From the human T2T-CHM13v2.0 reference genome, Homo sapiens, in assembly GCF_009914755.1 (NCBI RefSeq), contig NC_060926.1: a stretch of DNA of 64,000 nucleotides. One strand, 5' to 3'. The position numbers and the translations under genes are program-made. Under the pieces are notes generated by a model. The model had not been told where the DNA came from and did no database searches. It saw nothing but the letters and a program-made list of their open reading frames with translations. Below are positions 1-16,153 of the stretch, piece by piece; the first letter of the stretch is position 1, and every line of letters begins with the position of its first letter.

Positions 1-37
1 GTTTTGTCTTGTTTTTTAAAATTATGCTAAAAGACGA

Positions 38-565
<528 letters not shown>

Positions 566-1744
566 TCAGAGTTTTGAAAATGCTTATTTAATATCTAGTG
601 TTCTGGGGTGTACTTAGTGGGAAGAATAGGGAAAAGTACATCTAGTCTGTTTTTGGAGGGGATTCTTTGTTCTCTGTTACTTAGGGAGGACTTTAACAAA
701 CTTCTTGCTAACAGGTCTGGTCTTCCGGAGATAGTCACATTTTAAAAGAAAATTGTTTTTTCCTTAAGGATCGGCTTTTTAGTAATAGTAATTTACGTAC
801 TGGTAGGCTGGAGTATATGTTTTGGGAGTGGCATGATGGAAAAGTTAACATGAACTGAGCATCTCATCTGGGTCTTATGAAAGCCACAGTTGGGCCTCCG
901 GCAGTATCAACCCCAGACCCCCAGAGGGGAAAGCCCCTTTGAGACCCTGGCCAGACAGTATTGCCTCAGAGCCTTTCTGTGACATTTGGCATGCTGCCAG
1001 TGGAGAAAGCAGAGGGAAACCTTTGGTTAAGTAAACATGATATTGTATACAGTATTCATATTTCATTGCAAGAGTTGAATGGTCTGAGTCAGCATAATCA
1101 GTTCCATATGTTTGGCATTGATAGTCCAGGCATGACTAGTTGCACCTTTGAAACAAGACAGATCAGATGTTTCATGTTAGGAAAATAATAGCTGCCATTT
1201 ATTGCATGTCTGTGGATGCCAGACACTGTGCATTGTTTCACGTGCAATATTCCACTCTTATCTTGGAGAGAAAACAGGTACTGAAGTAGAGAATTCAGGT
1301 ACTGGTGAGCTGGAGGGTATGTTTTGGGAGTGGCATGATGGAGAAATTAAACTTGGGGACTCAGCATCTCTTCTGGGTCTTGTGAAAGCCACAGCTGAGT
1401 CTTGGGGAGAATCAACCCCAGAGCCCCAAAGGCTGGAGGGAAACTGTCTCATTTTACAGAAAGAGGAGAGTGAGTTTTGAATGGACAGGTGACTTACACA
1501 AGGTCACCTGGCCTCTACGTGGCTGAGCTGGGGCTATGCCTTGTCCCTCTGACTTTAGGGTTCTTGTTCTCACCCCACCTCTCCTGCAGCCTCCTCATCT
1601 CCTAAAGCACGTGCAGTCAAACCTGGGCCCTCTGCATGAGGATTTGCGAGCTCCATCCAGGCCATTCAGTGCCCCCCATCCCTGGCCTTCCGCAGCCCCC
1701 TGGCCCACCTTAGAGTGATCTGTGCCACTGAATCTATTCCCTAA

Positions 1745-1921
1745 AGTAGGGGTCTGACCCTGGCTGCACATTAGAATCATAAGAGGAGATTTTTTTTTAA
1801 ATCCCAGTGCCCAAGCTGCACCCTGAGCCAATAAATTCAAGCCCTGGGTGGGCCATGGGCATCAGAAGCTTAAAAACATTTCCTGGAAGATTCTGATGTT
1901 CCGCTGGGTTTGACAGCATAG
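1745..1921. mobile_element. MER5-type hAT-Charlie MITE
   Basis: cctggctgcacattagaatca...gattctgatgttccgctgggtttgacagc. Confidence 0.65.
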
Positions 1922-2559
1922 TGGGAGAGTTGGAAGAAGATAGTGAAAAGTCGAGGTCAGATTCTGGAAGGCTCTTTTCTGGTTGCATTGGTGCCCCCCA
2001 TGGTAGGGACATGGACATTGCAGTCTGTTTGGGAAGCTTCTTTTGCAAAGCACCACCAAGAAAAAGGCAAATGCCCCAGTGAAAAAGTGGGGGACAGGCT
2101 GAAAGGGATGATGAGAGGGTACCTAAAGCCCTTTGGGGCCCTTGGGGCTTGCCCTGCTAACATGTGTGTTCAAGGCCAAGCAGAGAGGTACCTCTGCTCA
2201 TTTTGTTTTTTGATGTTTTTTCTTTTTCTTTTCTTTTTTTTTTTTTTTTTGAGCCAAAAGGAATGTATTGGGCCAGGGGCAGTAGGAAGGTCACCCCACT
2301 GATAAGCAAGCCCCTTGTGCTTTTGCTCAGATGTCTCAGCCCCTTCATGCTGCAAGCCTTGGTTCAGAGAGGTTGGATAGCTTTCCTGGTGTGCCAGGTC
2401 CCTGTTTGCCCCTCCAGACCCACTCTCCATGCTGCTCTAAGCCCCAAGAAGCAGCCTGTGGGAAGGGCAACAATGAAATCCCCAGTGCTGTGGCTCCAGC
2501 TGGTTTTGACTAAATGATACTAAGTTATATTTGTTCCTCTAAGTAAATCCGGGGTGTTC

Positions 2560-2625
2560 CCATATTGGTTGCTTATCTGAAATTCAGGTGTAAAGGGCTG
2601 TACTGTTTTTTATCTGGCAACCCAA
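2560..2625. mobile_element. MER53 right-arm fragment
   Basis: ttatctgaaattcaggtgtaa...ttttatctggcaaccc. Confidence 0.55.
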
Positions 2626-3075
2626 TGCCAACACCGTGTTTTACAGGCAACTTCACGTTCCTTCCACCGTGCAGGCATTTCTGGGCTTTCACTGGCACTT
2701 GGGCTTTTCTCCTCCTGTGGCTGGGCTGTGACCTCTTGGGGCACACACTGCCCAGCCATTTACTTCCTTTCCTTCCTGCAAGCGCCAGGCCTGTTCTCTC
2801 CAGCACTGACTCAGAGCCAGCCACCCGCTTTCTCTTGCAGGGCTTTGCTACACTTAGGGCAAATGGGTGGCGTGATCGCCTCTTCCTCCTTTAACATTCT
2901 CCAAGTGGCCCAAGGGTCACTCCAGTGAAGTTAATAATTACCATTTGCAATTTAGGACTGATCCATCAGGTCAAGTGAGTTCTGATTGAAGGTTTTTTTT
3001 TTTTTTCTTTTTCTTCTAATGAAGTGTTGCTACTCTGTTTGTTTGTTTTTCTTCTAATGAAGTGTTGCTACTCTT

Positions 3076-3388
3076 TATTTTATTTATTTATTTATTTATT
3101 TTCCGAAACAGAGTCTCACTGTGTTGCCTACGCTGGAGTGCAGTGGCGTGATCTCAGCTCACTGCAACTTCTGCCTCCCGGGTTCAAGCAATTCTCCCTG
3201 CCTCACCCTCCCGAGTAGCTGGGATTACAGGCGCCTGCCACCAGGCCTGGCTACTTTTTGTATTTTTTAGTAGAGACAGGGTTTTGCCATGTTGGCCAGG
3301 CTGGTCTTGAACTCCTGACCTCAGGTGATCTGCCCGCCTCGGCCTCCCAAAGTGCTGGGATTACAGGCGTGAGCCACTGCGACTGGCC
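3076..3388 (-). mobile_element. Alu (AluS)
   Basis: Full antisense dimer with a (TTTA)n tail. Confidence 0.95.
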
Positions 3389-3685
3389 ACTACACTTTAT
3401 CAATCAGGAATCCTTTGGGTATTGCATAAATAGTACTAAGTAGAAAATTTCCTTTTGTGCTATGTTTGGCCTCAGCTAGCTGTGGGGGTAAAGGGAGTGG
3501 GGTGGGAGTCCTTAACCTGGGTGACAGGGCAGCTGCTCAGGACATGATTCAAATATCAGCCTGGTGTGTGCACACAGAATGTGGGGTGGGGGCACTGGTC
3601 TAGGTTCTGCGTTTTCTCCTAGAGAGGGTAGGGAAACAGGGATACCAGCATTTACAGGATTCCAGATGCAAAAGCCTTTCTCTGA

Positions 3686-3951
<266 letters not shown>

Positions 3952-4188
3952 GCCTTTCTCTAAATCACAAACCCACCTGCAGAAGGGCTGTAGGGCTGTT
4001 TGATAGCAAATACCTTCAGCAGACAGCAAGACTGGTGAGGAAACAGCATACCTCTGGAATAAGGTGCATCCTCTTGGCCATGCATTTATGTGCCATATGT
4101 TCATGTGTGCTTGAGTTGGGAAGCAAAGAACCTCTAGGAACTGAAAGATAAGCCCTCACTCTTTTGCAGCCTCCTCTGGGCCTCGTTT

Positions 4189-4319
4189 TTCTTTTATTTC
4201 TATTTTTGGTAGAGACTTGTCTCACTCTGTTGCCCAGGCTGATCTTGAACTCCTGGGCTCAAGCAATCCTCCCGCTTCGGCCTCCCAAAGTGCTGGGAGC
4301 CACCACGCCTAGCCTGGGC
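4189..4319 (-). mobile_element. Alu monomer (FLAM/AluJ left arm)
   Basis: gaactcctgggctcaagcaatcctcccgcttcggcctcccaaagtgctggga. Confidence 0.85.
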
Positions 4320-6425
4320 CTCTTGAGTTTGAGGCTGAACTTTAGAGAGCTCAGCTGATGCTTCTGCCCATTTTATTGTTGGGGAAGGAATAGAAAGAGC
4401 AGGAGTAATGGGTCCCACAGGCTGGCACTCACTCCTGCCATTACTGTAACTCTGGTAGAGGAGCTATTCCTCTCTCTTCCCAGGTGCCTGGGATCATAAA
4501 GCAGGCTGATGGCACACAGCATCCTGGGGTAGCTGGGGTGGGGTGGAACTGAACAGGGTTCACCAGCCAGCACCCTCAGTCCCACAGGGCTGCCACCTGC
4601 CCTGCTCAACCCTCTTCCCACAGCATGGAGGGACTCCAGGGCCAGGGAGGCTGCTTGCTGCCACATCCCCACCCACTATCATGGGACCTGCAATTTCAGT
4701 TGCTGCTGCTTTCTTTAGTCACCTCGGTGATCACCTTGGGCTGTGATCACCAAGCTTCAAGAAAATCAAAGGAGCTCATGTTAGGAAAGGCTGGTGGAGA
4801 CCATCCCTGGAGAGATTGAGAGATGCCTTAGAGCTAAGAGCCCTTCGCATCCCAAGCCCGATGTATATTTTTTCCTCTCACTCATGGCTGGCAATTATAT
4901 TACTCTAGTATTGCCCTTCCCCATGCATTGTCCAAGGCAGACATCACTAATTAAACTCAGCCCTTATCCCCGCAGGGCCCAGACCTGGCTTTAGAAATTC
5001 CTACTTTAGGTGGCCAGCAGGCCAGGGTTCAGATGCAAGCCAGTAACAGCCATGTCAGCCAATATTTTTGGAGTGTGCTGGTGGACTCGATGCCTATCAG
5101 CTCCTACTGCTGAGATCCTCTTGTCCTCACAAGAGTTCAAAGAAGTTATAGAGCTTTCCTGAGGCCATACCTTGAGGTGGTGAGGGACTGGGTGGGCCTC
5201 AGCCCTCTGACTGCAAAGCTGCTAGCTAACCTCTGAGCAGCACTGCCCACCAGCCCTTCTGCCTTTGCACACTGCATTTGACAAGTGCTCAGCAAGGATT
5301 CATGGATTTGAGGGTAGGATGCACTAGTTGATCACATGGAAAATAACATTCTTTACTGGCTTGCCCTAATGAACGAATTTTGAGTCTAAGAGACTATTCA
5401 CAAAGTCCCTAAATGTCTGAGCCACTGTAATTGTGTGTCATAGGCATGCTGACAGCCTCTCCAAGTTCTGTCTCCAGCCACAGCAGTGTCCTTGCCTGGA
5501 CCACCTCTCTTCCCTGCTCACCCTTCAGGACCTCTGCACGTCACACCCGTTTATTCTGTAAATGTTTGCTGCATGTGACTCCATGCCAATCATCATGATG
5601 GGTTCAGATGATGCCACCTCCAGCCTTCAAGGAAGTTACAGACAAGTATGTTCAGAAAAACAGGGCAAACTCACACAGAAAAATGGGCAGTATGTGAATA
5701 AACATTCACTAATCAGGTCCCTTGGGCCTGTCCTGTGCTGGGTGCTGAAGAAAGATGATGGAGACAAAAGCCCTGACTTTAAGAAGCGGACGCTAGGGCT
5801 CTGGTCAAGGGCTGCATGGTGATTGGAAACACATGGGCACAGTGCAGGGGTGCTGCACCACACAAGTCCAGGACTGGATGGAGTGGCCCCTGGAGTTGGT
5901 AAATGCAGCTGCTGGAGCAGCTGGGCGGCTACTCTGGGACCTGAGTGGGAGGCTAGTGATCCAAGGCAGCTTAGCAGCACTCGTTTATGTGAAGTTAAAA
6001 TTCCACTCCAGCTGTTTATCCAGTCCACATGAGGAAGCAATCCTGGAAGAAGGTGGGAGGGATAAGGTGGAGATTTCTTGTGAATTCCACCCAAATTACA
6101 ACCAGAGGCACCCCACTTTTCCATGTGCTGTGTAGAAAGGACCACATTTGCATTAAGTCTTTGATGTGGGTAAGCCTTTCAGTCTGAATTCATCTGCAAT
6201 CACTACCCAAAAATAATTTTGAGAGTATTCCACTTCTGTGGGGGAAAAACAGGGGGAAAAGATACGTTATACAACCAAAGTAATAGAAACAATGAAAAAT
6301 TTAGCAACTTAAAATATAATTTCTAATTCATCATTGCCCAAACCCTTGGGTCCAAAACCTTGGAATGGTTTTTGTTTTGGCTTTTTTTTCTTCACATTTT
6401 GTATAATCACCCAGTGCCCCCACAC

Positions 6426-6550
6426 AGGGCTGGTGAGGTTATGCATTGCACAGCTCTAGAGAACAATTTATACAGCCAACAACGATGTGAATGGCAATAC
6501 CACCCCACTAAAATTGTGCAGTACGAGCCTCACCAATCTCACCAGCCACG
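6426..6550. mobile_element. MER91-like palindromic MITE
   Basis: Inverted ends ggctggtgagg...ctcaccagcc with internal tgcattgcacagctc and atgtgaatggc. Confidence 0.45.
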
Positions 6551-7649
6551 TGGGGGTCCAGCCTCAGTCCCAACAGTTCTCAAGGGTTAGACCATGGAAG
6601 ATTTTTACTAACTCATAATAAAATGAGAAAATAATTAAAATAATAGCTAACATTGAGTGCTTACTGTGATCCAGACAGTAATAACTCCTTTATTCCCGTT
6701 GGCAACCCTATGAGGCACCATGGTTGCCATCCCCACTTTCCCTGTGAGCAAACTGAGCCTGAGCAGCCTCGAGCCACCAGCTGTCCACTCCTGAGAACTC
6801 TCCTTTATGCCAGGATCGCATCTTTCCTCAATATCTGGTGTCAGACTGACTTTCCTTTGTGGAACACTGGTGGTAGTGAGGATGCTGTTGCTGTCAGCCC
6901 CCTCTTCTTGGTCTCCTGTATCCTTCCTACTCTTCACTGACTGCCCCTGTAGTCAGGTCTTCACTGCCTTCCTGGAAGGTTCCCACTTCCTGCTCTTCTT
7001 CCTCCTACTCAGCCAGTTGCTGGTGCCAGAATCCCCCTCATCAAGCCTAGCTCTGAGCCTTGCTCTCCCTTGCTCAGAAGCCTTCCAGGAACTTCTCCTG
7101 CCTCGACTGGGATTCAGGGCTCTCCACATTCACCTTAATTTTGGTTTATCTCCCATTTTTGTTCTAGCAGAGTAGCTCTACTCTTCAGCTAAATTGCTGT
7201 TCCCAAACTGGTTGGGCTACTTCCTGTCTCTTCAGTTTCCCACCACCTTTGACCCTGGCAGCCCCAGGCACCTTCTCCATCCCTCAGATCCATCCTTTAC
7301 TCACTCATTCAACAAACCTATTTTGAGCACCTCCTACATACTGGCTGTAGTGTAGGTGGTAGGTATCATGGAGCTTTCAGTCCGGCAGTGGAGAAAGAAC
7401 TGGATGAGTAATCGTAAGATGTATTACAAAAGGGTCCTAGCACCTAACCTGGGGGTGCTAACTATAGGAGGTTAGTCAGAGAAGGCCTCCCTGATGCTAT
7501 GGGCAGCCTCCCCTCCCCACCCCCAGTTAGCCATGTCCATCTCCCCTTTAGCTCCTGGGACCCACTGTGGCTCTGTTCCTGAAATAAGTCTCTTTCTTTA
7601 TCCCATTTGACTGTCGTAGCAAATCTTGAACCCAGGAGGTGCTATATAA

Positions 7650-8066
<417 letters not shown>

Positions 8067-8251
8067 TGAGTGATTTCAGGGTAGGTTTCGTGGCTCCCGG
8101 ACTTCAGTGATGTCACTTTAGTGGGTGGCCTTGCCCCTAACCAAGTTAACACTTTGTTTGGTGAACAGCTTGGCTCATGGAAAACTGAAGATTATACCCC
8201 AAATTGTAATCAGAGGTTATTATCTTGCAGGGTTGGGCTTACAAAACAGAC

Positions 8252-8566
8252 TTTATTATTATTTTTTTTAATTTTTTTTTTTTTCTGAGACAGAGTCTCG
8301 CTCTGTCCCCCAGGCTAGAGTACAGTGGCGCGATCTCGGCTCACTGCAAGCTCCGCCTCCCGGGTTCTGCCATTCTCCTGCCTCAGCCTCCTGAGTAGCT
8401 GGGACTACCCGTGTCTGCCACCATGCCCGGCTAATTTTTTGTATTTTTAGTAGAGATGGGGTTTCACCGTGTTAGCCAGGATGGTCTCGATCTCCTGACC
8501 TCGTGATCCGCCTGCCTTGGCCTCCCAAAGTGCTGGGATTACAGGCGTGAGCCACTGCGCCCAGCC
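8252..8566 (-). mobile_element. AluY
   Basis: AluY diagnostics gcaagctccgcctcccgggttc and gtgttagccaggatggtctcgatc; TSD cagacttt. Confidence 0.93.
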
Positions 8567-8882
8567 CCAGACTTTCATTTTATATTGTATATGCTTCAAT
8601 AAATATTTGAATTTTTTCACAACAAATTTGTTAAGTTCCTAATTAAAAATTTAAAATATTCTTAAATAAATTAAACCAATGAAGGTATAATTTGCTTCTC
8701 CCACTTCCCATTTTTGCCTTCTAAGAAAGGGACCTATATTTAAATGGGGGAAAAAAGTGATTTGGATTAAACCCCTAACTCCTGAGTCCTCTGTAGCTCA
8801 GTGAATAGGAAGAACCACAGATGAGTGTGCCCACCCAAGTGGCAAAGGTGAATTGTCAAGGCTTCAAAGTACATGAATAAAG

Positions 8883-9187
8883 GGCCAAGTGTGGTGGCTC
8901 ACGCCTGTAATCCCAGCACTTTGGGAGGCCGAGGCAGGTGGATCACAAGGTCAAGAGATGAAGACCATCCTGGCTAACATGGTGAAACCCCGTCTCTACT
9001 AAAAATACACAGATTAGCCGGGCATGGTGGCGCGCACCTGTAGTCCCAGCTACTCAGGAGGCTGAGGCAGGAAAATCACTTGAACCTGGGAGGCAGAGGT
9101 TGCAGAGAACTGAGATTGCGCCACTGCACTCCACTCCAGCCTGGTGACAGAGCGAGACTCCATCTCAGAAAGCAAACAAAAACAAAG
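8883..9187 (+). mobile_element. Alu (AluSc-like)
   Basis: Full dimer; TSD tacatga(a/g)taa. Confidence 0.93.
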
Positions 9188-9905
9188 CCTACATGAGTAA
9201 GTAGAGCACCCTTGAGGGAGCTCTGCAGGTATGAGACAAACAGCCAGAACATGCATTGCTGCAGAAAGCATCCACACATCAGAGGAAGGGGAGCCCCCTC
9301 CTCCTACCAAGAGCATAGGTCCACCCTTGTGAAGGTTTGCCTGGCATGTGGGCTGTGAGTGACTGGAGAGGCAATGGTCCCTGTCTGTTGTCATCCTGAT
9401 CTTCACTCCCTAGCATAAGTGAACACTCCCATGATGGCACATTCATCTGTCTGGACAGCTGGGCTCCAGGCCAGCCCACAGCTGACCCACATAGCCCTCC
9501 CCTAAAGCACACAGAAGGCCCTACACTCCCACACTCACCAAGACCTCAGGATAAGGAAAAGTCTTCCTGTATCCTTGTAGGAAAATCTCTTCTCTTCTAT
9601 CTGGCATTGATCCTGACTCACTAAGGAGGCAGTTCCCAAAGGCAACAGCCATGAGAGTTGGCCCCCAACATCAAAGGGGCCTGGGAGGGAGCAGTTGCTG
9701 GAATGGGAGAGGGAGCTGCATGGCAAGGGCTCCCAGACAGGGGTATGCCCTTCAGTTGAGGCATATGTGCTGTCCAGAGTGGCTTGGCAGAGAGGAACCT
9801 AGAGGAAAAATTCCCAGATCCCCTCCCTTCTGCCCCACGATTTCCTACTTATATCTCCCATTAGCCAATTAAATACTTAACTGAATACTTAAATTTAAAA
9901 AATTC

Positions 9906-10116
9906 CAGCCTGGGCACATACATAGCCAGACTCCCTCCCTACAAGAAAAAATTTTAAACTAGCTGGACATGGTAGCACGAGCCTATAGTACAACCTACTC
10001 GGGAGGCTGAGGTAGGAGGATCGCTTGAGCCTAGGAGATTGAAGTTGCAGTGAGTTACTGTACCACTGCTCTCCAGCCTGGGTGACAGAGCAAGAAGGCC
10101 CTGTTTGTTTAAAAAA
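9906..10116 (+). mobile_element. AluJ, 5'-truncated
   Basis: ggaggatcgcttgagcctaggag diagnostic. Confidence 0.85.
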
Positions 10117-10190
10117 CAATTATTTGTTGTTCATCTGAAATTCAAGCTTAACTGGGCATCCTGTGTTATTTGCTAAATCGGGCACAACTC
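10117..10190. mobile_element. MER53 right-arm fragment next to an AluJ
   Basis: aattatttgttgttcatctgaaattcaagcttaactgggcatcctg. Confidence 0.65.
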
Positions 10191-10647
10191 TGAGCAAAGA
10201 ACACCCTACTCCCTGCACACACACACTCAGGAGCCCAGGAGGGCATGATGTCCTGAGCATGGCAGGAGGCCAGCCCTTGAGCAAGGATGGAGCCCCCACT
10301 GTGTACCCCCAGTCACCAACCCATAATGTAGACTGCTAGGCCTATATCTCTCTCACCCACCTGTCTCACTCACTCCCTCCCAACGTATTTGAATAGATAA
10401 CAACCAGTGTAGAATCTGTGTCCAAAAATGCCACTCAGAAAGCTAAAAGTACAGCTATTATGAGCCTTCCCTTGCTCAGAAACCATCTAAAATACTTGTG
10501 GACCAGATGAAATAAAAACATTTCCAGGTTTATTCCAGCAAGCAAGCATTTTCCTGGAAGCTTCAGTATTCTATAGCTGGTAACTTAAGAACACTTTTTT
10601 TGTTGTTAAGGCACAAAAATTGTAAACTCATCTCTTTGTGGCCATGA

Positions 10648-11222
<575 letters not shown>

Positions 11223-11524
11223 AGAAAAGTGACCTTGAGCCCTGCTGTGTCATCACCTTCTTCTTATACTGCTGAGTTGGGCATGAAGGACTTGGAATGA
11301 GTCAGTAATAAGAAAATTTTTATTTTTGGTGGGGGTGGTTACATTTCTTCAGGACTCTTCCAGAGGCGAGTTTACAAACGAATGAACTGGTGAATAAGAA
11401 TATGTCCAGATGTGTGTGTTAATGAATTCTGCTTATCTTTTCCTGGGGCACAGAGGACACCCCAGTGCTCTCTCTTCTTGGCCTAAGAAGTTGGGAACCT
11501 ACTTGGGAAACTCTTCTTATTTAA

Positions 11525-12007
<483 letters not shown>

Positions 12008-12016
12008 TAGTTTTAA

Positions 12017-12336
<320 letters not shown>

Positions 12337-12663
12337 TCTTCCTTTCTTTTTAAATGTCATTATGCTAATGCTGCCTCAAAAGCAAAAGCCTTTTGTTTTC
12401 TATTTAAGCAAACCACTGGTCCCTTTAGAGAGTTGAAGGATAACTGACAGTGTGTGTTCAATCTGAGCTTGGCAGTGTTGGAACTGTTGGTTAACAGATA
12501 CTCAGGGGCTGGGCCTGGGAGGCTACTTCCCACCTGACCTACATATCATATCAAGTACAGCTGGACCCAAGAGCTCTACCAGTGAGTGGGAACAGTGTTT
12601 CTTACCGGGTAGGAGGAGACGTTAAAATCACCCTGGCCATGTGGGGCTTTTTAAACAGTGCAA

Positions 12664-12927
12664 TTGCTTGAGCTAGAGAGTTCTGGGCTATAGTGTGCTA
12701 TGCCAATTGGGTATCTGCATCAATATGGGGATTCCCCCCACTACCACCAAAAGCAGGGGACCACCAGGTTGCCTAAGGAGGAGTGAACTGGCCCAGGTCA
12801 GAAACGGAGCAGGTCAAAACTCCTGCACTGTTCAGTAGTGGGATTTCACCTGTGACTAGCCACTGCATTCCAGCCTGGGCAACATAGTGAGACCCTGTCT
12901 CAAAAAAAAAAAACCCCCAAAAAAAAG
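12664..12927 (+). pseudogene. 7SL (SRP) RNA pseudogene, 5'-truncated
   Basis: Contains the 7SL S-domain that Alus lack (ggggaccaccaggttgcctaaggaggagtgaactggcccaggtcagaaacggagcaggtcaaaactcc), followed by the 7SL 3' end and an A-rich tail. Confidence 0.93.
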
Positions 12928-13872
12928 CCAGTGCAGCTCTCTCGTCCCTTCAGTTACCCTGCCGCCCCTGCCTTCCACCTCTCCCCACCGCCTCCCAGTG
13001 CTGATGTAGCCCCCGTGCACCGTGGGGCAGGAAGAGATGGAAAGTCTGTCTCTGGAAATGAGACAGGCCCTAAGCCTCAGACCATCATCTCAGTACTCCA
13101 CTTTGTTTTTTAAGAGCAAGCTAGATGAGGTGGAGGGTTGTGTGTGACAGGGATAAGCTAAGCCAGGACTTATATCTGGAATACTCTGTTTTCCCAGGGA
13201 CCCAGCTGTCATGTCTCAGAATGCTGCAGACGGGCAGGTAGATGCTTCTCTTCTTGCCACCCCTTTTGTATTCTCCACTCTTTCCTCTTAGCCAGGAGGT
13301 GTTTTGCTTTTCTGTTTTTGTTTTTTTGCATCAGGACTTCGTTGCGTGCACAGTTTTAGAATTGGGTTGGCCTGTGGTTGTTAAAAGCACAAAATGAGGT
13401 CAGAGCCACACAGGGTGGAAGCAAGAGCCTTTTTCCTGCAATTTCTCCACTTTGGAGTGGAGCCTTCTTTGATCTGTTACATTTTCACTTTCTGTGACAT
13501 GATACTTGGCACCATCCCATACTGTGTCATGCCTTTTAGTGAATCATTTTGTTTCCTTTTCAGAAAACCACCTCACAATTACCACAGACCTAACTACTCA
13601 GGTTAGTGTGCCAACACTTCCACAAGATGTGCCCTTTTTTTTACATTTTTTCCCCCAGGTTGTAGGCTTGCTTAGTGGATAATCCCTTAGCCTCCAGGCA
13701 GAAAATGCAACTTCCACATTACTCTGGCTGAGTCTCTCGGCAGCCGTTCTCAGCCAGTGGCTAAGACTGCTTAGGAGATTTGACTATATTTTTTCTGCAT
13801 CAACTATAAAAAGCAGATGTCTTACAATTACATAGACATAGCTTCTGAAGAGATAAGTAAAACTATCATTTA

Positions 13873-14159
<287 letters not shown>

Positions 14160-14536
14160 TTAAAGATTTCAAGAACAGCAAGCTGGCACATTGGTCTCAT
14201 TGGGTGTCACCTAGGAGGGGAGCATAGCCCTACCTTGCTGTCTCTCTGGACTTGGCCAGTGTATGACTGTGGGTGAGCTGCCTCATCTTCCCTGGTCTAT
14301 TTTCCAAAGGAAGAGATGGACTTGGACCATGTGACTGCCAGCTCTACTTCTGCTCTCAGATGCCATGAGCTGTTCAGAGGACTTAAATTGTAGAGTTTTA
14401 AAATTTTGATTAGTCAGTTTCTTGTTTTGGACCCATCTCTTTAGAGTACAGAAGATGACCTGGGTATTATTTTGAGAACTTTAGAAATTTGGAGTAGAAT
14501 TTATTCTACTGTGTGTTTTCAGCTTATTATATATAA

Positions 14537-14916
<380 letters not shown>

Positions 14917-15050
14917 ATGATGAGCATTTAGTTGAATTAGGTAGCATACAGGATGATACCAAATTTGCCTGTATATGATTCTTCAACTTTATTAAGATAA
15001 TGTTCAGGGGCACAGTAGTTGTACAGTGATTCAGTGAAATAAATTATAGT

Positions 15051-15519
15051 TGTAAGAGTTAAAGAAAGAGGAAAGAAACATGAAATGCAGCTTAACAGTT
15101 AAAGATGGGTTTATTTTAGAGAAATAAGCCTGAGAGGGGCTCCTGGCCAATTTTGGTGAGGAGCATTATCTTTTATAGACTAAGAGTATATATTAGTTTC
15201 AGGGTAGGGGGCTTATCACAAGCTTGGAATGTTTGTATGTTGGGGAGAAGTTTATAGCAGGGTTGGAATGTCTCTGGTCAGATGGGAGGTTATCTTGGGG
15301 CTGACATCTCTCTGGCCGAAGGGGACGTTATCTCAGGGCTGGCATGTCTCAGGTCAGGGAGGGGTTTGGAGTGTTTTTGGTTGGAGATGTTATTTGTTTT
15401 TTATGGTCATGCTGACCTTAGCCATTAGGCTGATGCCCTTTAGATTTAGGCGGTTTTTAATCAAGGTGAACTTTAGAATGACAGTGCTTGTCCAAGATGG
15501 CGATACTCCTGCTCTGTCA
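15051..15519 (-). mobile_element. ERV1-class solo LTR (LTR19-like), 469 bp
   Basis: TG...CA termini (minus strand TGACAGAGCAGGAGTATCGCCATCTTGGACAAG...TAACTCTTACA), minus-strand AATAAA near the 3' end, perfect TSD ATAGT at 15046-15050 and 15520-15524. Subfamily is from memory. Confidence 0.8.
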
Positions 15520-16153
15520 ATAGTTACTTAATCAAGATGACAAATATTTATATAATTTCTTGGCAAGAGAGGATGATGTTGGAGTTGCTAAATGTGCATT
15601 GTTTTTTAGGTGAGGACACTGAGCCCCATGAGCAGGGTCACTAGGCAGTGAGCTAGTCTTACTTAAACAGGGAGCCTGATTTGCATACCTGCAGTGACCT
15701 CTCTTCTCACATCTCCTGGGCCCTAAGGAAATCTACTGTGGCTCCCAGGAACAGTGAAGAGTTAAAAAATAGTTTTAGGCTTTCAATATAAGTAATTTTG
15801 TTAGAAATTCATTAGCCTGCAATTTTGCTGGAGTTGCCATTAGCGACATCTATGTGGACTATGTTTATTCAAGAGAATGTGCAATTAAAATCACTAGGGG
15901 CAGAGAACATAGATGTATATTGGCAGAGGTCAAAAGGACTCTAGAGAGAAACACCTGGTATTTTCAGTTTGGTCATGGGACCTTTTTTTTCTAAAAGGTA
16001 TTAGGATCACACATAGAAATTCCCGTAAGAATAGGCAGAATTTATGTGAATTTTTAACATGATGAGGTCTCTAGATTGAGGACCCCATACTTTGTATCTG
16101 CACTCATTCTTTAAATATGGCACAATCGTGAGTTACTAGAGACTGACCCTGTG

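Noticed and set aside
5636-6145. 169-aa minus-strand ORF, and overlapping ORFs at 23728-24724
   Set aside because: No recognisable domain or splice context; consistent with chance ORFs in GC-moderate intron.
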